Part shown: one piece after another, positions 10,477 through 17,409 of the stretch
Layout of the letters: every line of letters starts with the position of its first letter
How positions within the stretch are numbered: position 1 is the stretch's first letter
Source of the DNA: an uncultured virus (IMG/VR IMGVR_UViG_3300027836_000010)
Lineage: Duplodnaviria; Heunggongvirae; Uroviricota; Caudoviricetes
DNA length: 20,000 nt
Reading direction: 5' to 3' (one strand)
IMG/VR virus record: IMGVR_UViG_3300027836_000010
The notes under the pieces: generated by a model
The model's database searches: none
What the model saw: only the letters and a program-made list of their open reading frames with translations
Told to the model about the DNA's origin: nothing
Made by a program: the position numbers and the translations under genes

Positions 10477-10508
10477 TATTTATTTGACTTTTTAATGTGC
10501 GTAGTTTA
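10477..10508 (-). promoter_or_regulatory. Late promoter (AATAAATA box plus upstream element) for the baseplate operon
   Basis: Minus strand reads TAAACTACGCACATTAAAAAGTCAAATAAATA, ending about 25 nt before the ATG at 10452. An AAGGA RBS follows. Confidence 0.7.
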
Positions 10509-10512
10509 TAAT
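10484..10512 (+). promoter_or_regulatory. Sigma70-type early promoter for the gp55-gp47-gp46 operon
   Basis: TTGACT (10484-10489), 17-nt spacer, TATAAT (10507-10512); GAGGA RBS at 10522-10526 before the ATG at 10535. Confidence 0.85.
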
Positions 10513-10534
10513 ATACTTTACGAGGACTCATTTA

Positions 10535-11392
10535 ATGACAGCAAAAGTTAATTACCTAAACAACAAGGATATGTTGTTGGAAATACATAGAAGTAAGGCT
10601 ACTTATTGTAGCTTTACAGACCCGGAATATCACCAATATGACATTATTCTCCCAAGTGTAGATAAAGTTAACATTCGAACTATCGCCGAGGCCAAGCGTA
10701 ATAAAGCCAAAAGATTGGGCGACCGTGAATATGCTAGGCGCAGGGCATCTGGCGAGAAAGTCAAAATGGCCGACTGCGAGGTAGATTATAAGAAAATTAC
10801 CAAGGAAGAGATAGTTTTTCGAATAATGTCATATGAGCATATTCCTCTTAATAGTACACGGAAGAAAAATCCAAAAAGTCTAGCAGACCACAGAGACAAA
10901 GTAAACTTTCCGCCATTCCAACATTTTAAATTTACCGACGAAGGCGATTTGATTTGTGTTGGTAAGTCGCACTGGAAAGGTGATCTAACAACAGGACACT
11001 TTGACAAAGATGCTGGGCAAATTACACCTACCTTAGCTCGCATGATGATCAAACTATGTGAGCGATATGCTACACGTGGTAACGTTCGCGGTTATACCTA
11101 CAACGATGAGATGAAGGGGCAGGCTATCCTACAACTTACACAAATTGGCTTACAATTTGACGAATCTAAAAGCGATAATCCGTTTGCCTATTTTACCGCG
11201 GCTGTTACTAACAGCTTTGTTCGTGTTATTAACATTGAAAAACGTAATCAAAACATCCGCGATGATATTTTAGAAATGAATGGTATGAATCCGTCATACT
11301 CACGTACAGGCCAAGGCGAACACGAGGCCGCATTAAAACGTCATGCTGAGGACACAACTAATGAAGCAACCAATGACACACCAACTGTTTAA
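10535..11392 (+). CDS. gp55: Late-transcription sigma factor, T4 gp55-like
   Basis: N-terminal NYLNNKDML and C-terminal RGNVRGYTYNDEM...QFDESKSDNPFAYFTAAVTNSFVRVINIEKR match gp55 motifs. The gene order 55-47-46 is typical of T4-like phages. Confidence 0.85.
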   Translation: MTAKVNYLNNKDMLLEIHRSKATYCSFTDPEYHQYDIILPSVDKVNIRTIAEAKRNKAKRLGDREYARRRASGEKVKMADCEVDYKKITKEEIVFRIMSYEHIPLNSTRKKNPKSLADHRDKVNFPPFQHFKFTDEGDLICVGKSHWKGDLTTGHFDKDAGQITPTLARMMIKLCERYATRGNVRGYTYNDEMKGQAILQLTQIGLQFDESKSDNPFAYFTAAVTNSFVRVINIEKRNQNIRDDILEMNGMNPSYSRTGQGEHEAALKRHAEDTTNEATNDTPTV

Positions 11393-12389
11393 AAAAGTAG
11401 CATGTTTTACTGATATTCACTTTGGATTAAAATCCAATAGTTCAACACATAATCAGGACTGCGAAGACTTCGTAGACTGGTATATTGCTAAGGCAAAGGA
11501 GGAAGGCTGTGATACTGGAATATTTATGGGGGACTGGCATCACAATCGCAATAGTCTTAACATCACTACTATGGACTATAGCCTTAGGGCCTTGGAGAAG
11601 CTGGGTCAAGCCTTTGATAACTTTTACTTCTTTCCTGGCAATCATGATTTATATTACAAAGATAAGCGGGATATTCATTCCGTCGAGTTTGGCAAGTATA
11701 TTCCAGGGATTACTGTTGTACACGAGCCTACTACTATTGGGGACGTTACGCTGTGCCCGTGGCTTGTAGGCGACGAATGGAAGACAGTGGGCAAGAAAGG
11801 CGGCAAGTATATCTTTGGTCACTTCGAATTGCCTAACTTCTTTATGAACGCTATGGTACAGATGCCGGATCACGGCGAGCTTAGAGCAGACGATTTTAAA
11901 AATTACGAGCTCGGCTTTAGCGGACACTTCCATAAGCGTCAGCAAAAAGGCAATATGATTTATATTGGCAATGCGTTTCCGCACAACTACGCAGATACAT
12001 GGGATGACGAGCGTGGTATGATGATACTAGAATGGGACGGTAAACCCGAGTATCATAGTTGGCCTGCGCAACCAACCTTTAGAACTGTTAAATTAAGTCA
12101 GCTTATTGATGAAGCGGACTCGTTAATCTTGCCCAAGCAACATTTACGTGTTACACTAGATATAGATATCTCATACGAGGAAGCAAGTTTTATCAAAGAA
12201 AAGTTTATGGCGGATTATAGTATTCGTGAATTAACTTTGATTGCTGAAAAAAAGGAAAACGAAATCAATACAGACATCGATATTCAAGCGTTTGAATCCG
12301 TTGATCAAATTGTATCTAATCAACTAATCAACATTGACAGCGAGCAGTTTAATAAAAACACGCTACTATCGATTTATAATAGCCTATGA
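11361..12389 (+). CDS. gp47: Recombination endonuclease subunit, gp47 / Mre11 / SbcD-like
   Basis: Phosphoesterase motifs DIHFG, GDWHH, GNHD, GHFE, SGHFH. Start placed at ATG 11361 because GAGGA lies at 11348-11352; the track uses 11343 and 11373 is also possible. Confidence 0.93.
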   Translation: MKQPMTHQLFKKVACFTDIHFGLKSNSSTHNQDCEDFVDWYIAKAKEEGCDTGIFMGDWHHNRNSLNITTMDYSLRALEKLGQAFDNFYFFPGNHDLYYKDKRDIHSVEFGKYIPGITVVHEPTTIGDVTLCPWLVGDEWKTVGKKGGKYIFGHFELPNFFMNAMVQMPDHGELRADDFKNYELGFSGHFHKRQQKGNMIYIGNAFPHNYADTWDDERGMMILEWDGKPEYHSWPAQPTFRTVKLSQLIDEADSLILPKQHLRVTLDIDISYEEASFIKEKFMADYSIRELTLIAEKKENEINTDIDIQAFESVDQIVSNQLINIDSEQFNKNTLLSIYNSL

Positions 12390-14167
12390 CAATTAAAATA
12401 AAAGAACTAACCGTAAAGAATTTTATGAGTGTGGGCAACCAGACTCAAGCCGTTGACTTTAGCAAACAATACTTGACGCTAGTACTGGGTGAAAACTTAG
12501 ACATGGGCGGTGACGATAGCGGAAGTCGCAATGGAACCGGTAAAACTACCATTGTTAATGCCTTAAGCTATGCTTTATTCGGTAATGCTCTTACTAATAT
12601 TAAAAAAGATAATCTTATTAATAAGATTAACAATAAAAATATGTTAGTTACCCTTGCGTTTGACAAGGACGGAACAGATTATCGTATAGAGCGTGGCCGA
12701 AAGCCTAATGTATTAAAGTTCTATGTTAATAATCAAGAACAAGAAACAGCAGAAACAGATGACGCACAAGGCGACATGCGTGAAACCCAGAAGGACTTAG
12801 ATGACTTGCTGGGTATGAGTCACGATATGTTTAAACATATTCTTGCTCTTAACACATATACAGAACCGTTTCTTAGTATGCGGGCTAATGACCAGCGGGT
12901 TATTATCGAACAGTTGTTGGGTATTACTATACTCAGCGAAAAAGCAGAAGCACTTAAAGAGCTTATTCGTCAAACTAAAGATGCTATTATTCAAGAAAAC
13001 GCAGACATAGAAGCAACTAAGAAATCTAACGAAAAGATTCAAACTAGTATTGATAGTTTACTAACAAGACAGACTGTTTGGAATACTCAAAGAGATAATG
13101 ATGTTGAAAAGATTGGCCGTGCTATTGTAGAACTAGAAAATGTAGACATTACTGCGGAACTAGAGATACATGCCCAACTTAAAACATATCTTGAACAGAC
13201 TGCTAGACTAAAGAGTCTGAATAAAGAACGGGCGACGCTAGAAAGCGCGACAGCGCAAGCGGAGCGAAGCGTAAAAAAATACGCTAGCGAGCTTGCCGCA
13301 TTAGATGGTAAGAAATGCCATGCTTGTGAACAAGAATTACATGATCATAAACATGAAGAACTTACAACTAAGGCTCAAACTTCGATTGACGAAGCTAGCA
13401 AGTATTACAACAAGGTAACTACTGACTTAAACAAGCTGGTTACTGAAATATCTGCCATAGGTGAACTGTCTGCCCGTCCAGATACTTACTACGACACAGT
13501 TGAGGAAGCTCTTAAACATCAGAACAACTTGAAAACTCTGGAAACTAACTTGGTTATCAAAGCAGGCGAAGTAGATCCTTATCAAGAACAAATTGATGAA
13601 CTGTTAAGTACCGCTATTCAAGACATAACTTGGGATCATATTAATGAACTTAATACTCTCAAAGAGCATCAAGAGTTCTTGTTAAAGTTACTTACAAGTA
13701 AAGACAGCTTTATTCGCAAGAAGATTATTGACCAGAACCTTGCCTACTTGAATAATCGTCTAACTTATTATCTCGACAAAATGGGTTTACCGCATACAGT
13801 TACTTTCTTAAACGACTTGAATGTGGAAATTACGCAACTTGGGCAAGATTTAGACTTTGATAACTTGTCACGTGGTGAACGTAACAGACTTATACTTGGA
13901 TTGTCGTGGGCGTTCCGCGATGTATGGGAAAGTCTATATCAAAACATTAACTTGTTGTTTGTCGATGAGCTTGTTGATAACGGCTTAGATGCTAGCGGTG
14001 TTGAATCAGCATTGGCTGTGCTTAAAAAGATGGCTCGTGAACGTAACAAGAACATATTCTTAATTTCGCACAAGGATGAATTGATTGGGCGTGTTAATAA
14101 TGTACTTAAAGTTATTAAAGAAAATGGATTTACCAGCTACGCAAATGATGTTGAGGTTACAGACTGA
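12386..14167 (+). CDS. gp46: Recombination ATPase subunit, gp46 / Rad50 / SbcC-like
   Basis: Walker A NGTGKTT, coiled coil with central CHAC zinc hook, signature LSRGE, Walker B LLFVDE, D-loop GLD, H-loop ISH; ATGA overlap with gp47. Confidence 0.95.
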   Translation: MTIKIKELTVKNFMSVGNQTQAVDFSKQYLTLVLGENLDMGGDDSGSRNGTGKTTIVNALSYALFGNALTNIKKDNLINKINNKNMLVTLAFDKDGTDYRIERGRKPNVLKFYVNNQEQETAETDDAQGDMRETQKDLDDLLGMSHDMFKHILALNTYTEPFLSMRANDQRVIIEQLLGITILSEKAEALKELIRQTKDAIIQENADIEATKKSNEKIQTSIDSLLTRQTVWNTQRDNDVEKIGRAIVELENVDITAELEIHAQLKTYLEQTARLKSLNKERATLESATAQAERSVKKYASELAALDGKKCHACEQELHDHKHEELTTKAQTSIDEASKYYNKVTTDLNKLVTEISAIGELSARPDTYYDTVEEALKHQNNLKTLETNLVIKAGEVDPYQEQIDELLSTAIQDITWDHINELNTLKEHQEFLLKLLTSKDSFIRKKIIDQNLAYLNNRLTYYLDKMGLPHTVTFLNDLNVEITQLGQDLDFDNLSRGERNRLILGLSWAFRDVWESLYQNINLLFVDELVDNGLDASGVESALAVLKKMARERNKNIFLISHKDELIGRVNNVLKVIKENGFTSYANDVEVTD

Positions 14168-14400
14168 TGCACCAAGACGAAGAGTTACATGCTGAACTCT
14201 TAAAAGTGTTTCGCGAGTACTTTGAAGCTAATCAAAAGTGGATTAACACTGGCACCAAAGTCTCTGCGATTCGCTTGCGTCAAAAATTAAGTGAGATTAG
14301 AACCATTTGTACAAAACGCAGAGCTGTTGTACGAGAATGGGGTGTAGAAAAAGAGGCCGTGCTGATGGCTCGGAAGACTAAGAGAAAGAATGATGATTGA
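14167..14400 (+). CDS. Small basic helical protein, possibly histone H1-like (Hc1-type) DNA-binding protein
   Basis: 77 aa, TGATG-coupled to gp46. GTKVSAIRLRQKLSEIRTICTKRR resembles, from memory, the G.K.A..R.RK.L.E....K.RR pattern of Hc1-like phage proteins. Confidence 0.5.
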   Translation: MHQDEELHAELLKVFREYFEANQKWINTGTKVSAIRLRQKLSEIRTICTKRRAVVREWGVEKEAVLMARKTKRKNDD

Positions 14401-15148
14401 TTTGGATGTGGATTGCCTATATGTTAATGGAGATTCGTGGGCTTACGGCAGTGAGCTACGCGACCTTACTAGGTCAGATATCACAAACGACTTTGATCCA
14501 GTACACGACACTTACAGGCAACAGCATAACTGGGCAGGGCTACTGGGTAAACGCTTGGGATTACCTGTTGTTAACAACGGATGGGCAGGTGGAAGTAATC
14601 AACGCATCATGCGCACCACGCTGTCAGATATCACTAACTTAAAACGAGAAGGCCGCAAGCCGTTAGCTGTCATTGCTTGGACACAAATGCAACGTTTCGA
14701 GTTGTACGATGCCAACGCTTGCCGCTGGAGTGAATTTGTTAGCCCAACGGCGGGCAATGTTCCTAAAATAGGTTTAGAAATATGGGAAAAGTACAGCAGT
14801 GACCGCAGTGATGTACACATGTATCTACAACAATTGGTTTACATGGATGCATTTTTAAAAACAAATCAAGTTACTTATTTGGGTACAAACGTATTTAGGC
14901 ACAACTGGAACATACTTGAAGACTATTCCAAGGATCCAGAGTTTGCGCCACACTTGTATCATTTAAGTAAGACTATAAAAATGTCCGAACACTTATTCAA
15001 TGTAAGCATTAGTCAAGTACTAACGCCACATTTAGATGTAATCTACGGCGCTGGCGGACATCCGCTGGAGCGTGGACAAGAAATAATAGCTGAACACTTA
15101 CATAGTAAAATTAAACAGCATTATCAATTCAAAACTACACAGGCATAA
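14390..15148 (+). CDS. SGNH/GDSL-type hydrolase-like protein
   Basis: Block I LYVNGDSWAYG, block II NNGWAGGSN, C-terminal GGHPLERGQEIIAEHL. Confidence 0.7.
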   Translation: MMIDLDVDCLYVNGDSWAYGSELRDLTRSDITNDFDPVHDTYRQQHNWAGLLGKRLGLPVVNNGWAGGSNQRIMRTTLSDITNLKREGRKPLAVIAWTQMQRFELYDANACRWSEFVSPTAGNVPKIGLEIWEKYSSDRSDVHMYLQQLVYMDAFLKTNQVTYLGTNVFRHNWNILEDYSKDPEFAPHLYHLSKTIKMSEHLFNVSISQVLTPHLDVIYGAGGHPLERGQEIIAEHLHSKIKQHYQFKTTQA

Positions 15149-15171
15149 AGGCACCGCATGATACATAGTGC

Positions 15172-15606
15172 ATGGATTGGACTTATGAGAACACCGTTGT
15201 TGAAACACTTCCCGAAGACTGTATAGGCTTCGTGTATCTTATAACTAACTCCATCTCTGGGCGCAAATATATAGGCAAGAAACTTGCAAAATTCAGCAAG
15301 ACCACATATAAAACAGTAAAGCTAAAAAACGGCACAAAGAAAAAGAAGAAAATTCGTAGCAAAATTGACAGTGACTGGCGTGAATACTACGGTAGTAGCC
15401 CAGAACTAAGCAAAGATGTTGCGGAATTAGGCGCAGAAAACTTCACCAGAGAAATCTTATTTTACTGTAAATCCAAATCAGAATGTAGTTACATCGAGGC
15501 TCGTGAGCAGTTTAGTAGGCGTGTATTGGAATCAAAAGACTATTATAACGGTCATATTCAAGTACGTGTCCATGGCTCACATATAATCAAACTTCAAGAA
15601 AACTAG
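15172..15606 (+). CDS. Stand-alone GIY-YIG nuclease-domain protein (Seg-like)
   Basis: GFVYLITNSISGRKYIGKK motif pair; candidate catalytic Glu in YIEAREQF and Asn in YYNG; Lys-rich insert; no C-terminal DNA-binding modules; 144 aa. Confidence 0.8.
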   Translation: MDWTYENTVVETLPEDCIGFVYLITNSISGRKYIGKKLAKFSKTTYKTVKLKNGTKKKKKIRSKIDSDWREYYGSSPELSKDVAELGAENFTREILFYCKSKSECSYIEAREQFSRRVLESKDYYNGHIQVRVHGSHIIKLQEN

Positions 15607-15624
15607 GCTCTAAACCACCAAATT

Positions 15625-16020
15625 AAGCCCGCACTGGCGATAGTATAGTGCCCTGAATCCGTTCTGATGTGTGACGGCAAGGTAGTTCTGCTTGGTGGCA
15701 GAGATGTAAATCACTATCCTTTACAGGACGATGATGGGATATGCCTTCGCAAGAACCCGTTTGATTTACAGGAAAAGGAATTTTTAAGGCTAAATGAGGG
15801 GAAATACGCCCCACGTCTGTAAACATGTTAGTGTATGTTTGCGGGCCGCCGTCATATATAAGACAGCACGATTAGGTACCGGATGACCGCCTAAGCTATT
15901 GTTTATAGACAATTATAGACAATTATAGTGCAAACACTAAGTGAACTGCTCAACTCAGATAATGTTCAAAACAACTTTGCCCGCCAGGGCGAAGTGTGAC
16001 TACACAATCTAGATAATATT
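15625..16020 (+). ncRNA. Candidate large structured non-coding RNA (family not recognised)
   Basis: Lies in the only long intergenic region (15607-16140). Helices checked by hand: 15667-78/15848-59 (12 bp), 15705-13/15762-70 (9 bp), 15815-27/15834-46 (13 bp), 15974-82/15987-95 (9 bp), 15686-92/15697-703, 15872-77/15889-94. G-U pairs indicate the plus strand. Boundaries are approximate. Confidence 0.65.
15903..15928 (+). repeat. 10-bp tandem repeat TTATAGACAA x2.6
   Basis: TTATAGACAA at 15903-15912 and 15913-15922, then TTATAG at 15923-15928. Confidence 0.9.
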
Positions 16021-16023
16021 TAA

Positions 16024-16104
16024 AGTGCTTCGCACTAATTACTTCTAAGTTAAAATAAAGAAAAGTTCGAGCGAAAGCGAAGAACAGATGAACGTAGTTC
16101 ATCT
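16024..16104. other. Cluster of three compact hairpins with GNA/GAAA loops (possible ssDNA signal or origin element)
   Basis: AGTGC-TTC-GCACT (16024-36; GCGAAGC on the minus strand), GTTC-GA-GCGAAAGC-GAA-GAAC (16065-85), AGATGAAC-GTA-GTTCATCT (16086-104). Confidence 0.55.
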
Positions 16105-16112
16105 TGACACAG

Positions 16113-16120
16113 TATAAATA
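16113..16120 (+). promoter_or_regulatory. T4-type late promoter TATAAATA
   Basis: Exact consensus, 20 nt upstream of the ATG at 16141. Confidence 0.8.
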
Positions 16121-16140
16121 TAGAATCACGAGAGACTTAC

Positions 16141-17166
16141 ATGAAAGTATACGATATTATTGTTGAAGCACCTGGTAATGCTGCCCTTTATACAGCTATC
16201 TTAAACAGGATAACCAGTGTTGCTGATATTGACAAAGCATTAGCCGCTCTTGCTAGATTAGTTAAGAGTAGTAGGTTTACTGCTGACGAAATTGCCAACT
16301 CGTGGGTAGAATCTGCCACCAAGACTGGTTTAACTCTAGAAGAAATTGTAATACTGGGCGAGCGTGAATTACGTGCCGCTGGTATTGAAGAAGCATTGAT
16401 TAAGAAAGCCTTGAAAAAAGTTGATGCCATTGAACCTGGTATAGCTGCCAAGGTCACTGCTCGCGTCAGCTCCGAAATGAGTACATCGGCATGGTTGGGG
16501 AAAAGCCTAGAAAAAGTTAGTGGCTATGCTAACTTGCTAGGACTAGGTATACCAATTGCGTTGTGTATTAAGAACATTAGTTTAGAATACGCAGACTATC
16601 AACAAAGTGCAAAAACTCCAGCGGATTACGAAAAATTTAAACACAGTTCTCAATACTGGATTAACCAATGCGTGGGCGAAGTTGCGGTCATTATAACTGG
16701 TAATTGGTTTATTGCCAAAGTTGTTTCTATTCCCGGCGGGTGGGTTGGGTTGACTGGATCAAAAAAACTTCAAGGGTTTTATTTGGGATTAACTCGCGCG
16801 GCTCAAATAGCATTCATGACAGCTATCACAAGTCCAGCAGGCCGCGAATGGGTAGCTAAAATGTTTGTTGCTGACTTGTTGTTTAATGTGCCTGTTGCAG
16901 TTGGCGGAAGAATCGAACAACATCCTGTACAACAAGTTATCAGGGATATGGTAGGCGGTTGGACCACTGGAGCATTAGGATGGATAACTGATCAAGCTCA
17001 AAAAATTACTGACCCAGCAGGCGCCGCTAAGAAAACTGCAGATGCTACTGCTAAAGCCGCCGCAGACAAAGCTAAAGCAGATGCGGCATATCAAGGAGTT
17101 ACTCCGGGTTGGAAGTACGACAAGTACGGAAAACCTGCAGCACCTGTAGGCCCTGATAATTTCTAA
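16141..17166 (+). CDS. Late hypothetical protein, possible internal head / ejection protein with hydrophobic helices
   Basis: 341 aa; preceded by a late promoter; N-terminus MKVYDIIVEA; several Gly/Ala-rich hydrophobic segments; Ala/Lys-rich tail. Confidence 0.6.
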   Translation: MKVYDIIVEAPGNAALYTAILNRITSVADIDKALAALARLVKSSRFTADEIANSWVESATKTGLTLEEIVILGERELRAAGIEEALIKKALKKVDAIEPGIAAKVTARVSSEMSTSAWLGKSLEKVSGYANLLGLGIPIALCIKNISLEYADYQQSAKTPADYEKFKHSSQYWINQCVGEVAVIITGNWFIAKVVSIPGGWVGLTGSKKLQGFYLGLTRAAQIAFMTAITSPAGREWVAKMFVADLLFNVPVAVGGRIEQHPVQQVIRDMVGGWTTGALGWITDQAQKITDPAGAAKKTADATAKAAADKAKADAAYQGVTPGWKYDKYGKPAAPVGPDNF

Positions 17167-17169
17167 AAT

Positions 17170-17409
17170 TTACAACAACGGTAGTCCAGATTCTTTTGTA
17201 GTTTCTATATTATCTTTAATAACAGCGTAAAATGCTTCTCTGTCATCGGCAGAGTACTCGTGTAGTAGTTGATGTACTGTTACACCGCCTCTCATGTACC
17301 AACTAATTTTAGCTAAATCAGTTTTAAAATCTTTAATTTCTTTTTCTAGCCCAACTAGATATTCTTCAATTTCCGAGGCGGATAATCTAGTTAGGCGTTT
17401 ACGAAAAAA
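17170..17409 (-). CDS. -1 frame extension of the gp26-like gene (gp51-like / GT-type chaperone C-terminal domain)
   Basis: 79-codon open frame FFRKRLTRLSASEIEEYLVGLEKEIKDFKTDLAKISWYMRGGVTVHQLLHEYSADDREAFYAVIKDNIETTKESGLPLL that fills the gap between genes. It opens exactly at the slippery site; its only ATG is at 17295. Confidence 0.75.
   Translation of the reverse strand, partial: FFRKRLTRLSASEIEEYLVGLEKEIKDFKTDLAKISWYMRGGVTVHQLLHEYSADDREAFYAVIKDNIETTKESGLPLL
17349..17409 (-). promoter_or_regulatory. Programmed -1 ribosomal frameshift signal
   Basis: Heptamer U UUU UUC (17409-17403) in X XXY YYZ phase, 6-nt spacer GUAAAC, 12-bp stem GCCUAACUAGAU / AUCUAGUUGGGC. Confidence 0.75.

Noticed and set aside
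269..10495. Short ORFs in the track overlapping the baseplate genes (e.g. 269-460, 2941-3207, 5478-5762, 10115-10495)
   Set aside because: Antisense or off-frame shadows of long, motif-supported minus-strand genes.
15623..15826. 67-aa minus-strand ORF in the intergenic region
   Set aside because: No recognisable motif or RBS, opposite to the flanking genes, and overlapping the strand-specific RNA structure.
16104..16126. TTGACA ... TAGAAT as a sigma70 promoter
   Set aside because: The spacer is only 11 nt; the TATAAATA late box explains the site better.
15607..16140. Group I intron, RNase P RNA, tmRNA, tRNA or CRISPR interpretation of the structured region
   Set aside because: GACTA at 15998 has no downstream TAGTC partner for P7 and no interrupted gene is evident. 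No RNase P P4 motifs, no cloverleaf or tmRNA ends, and no repeat-spacer periodicity.
17170..17295. Independent 41-aa gene starting MRGG
   Set aside because: No clear RBS; the frame is open and protein-like for 38 codons upstream, up to the slippery site, so frameshifting is the better explanation (not fully excluded).
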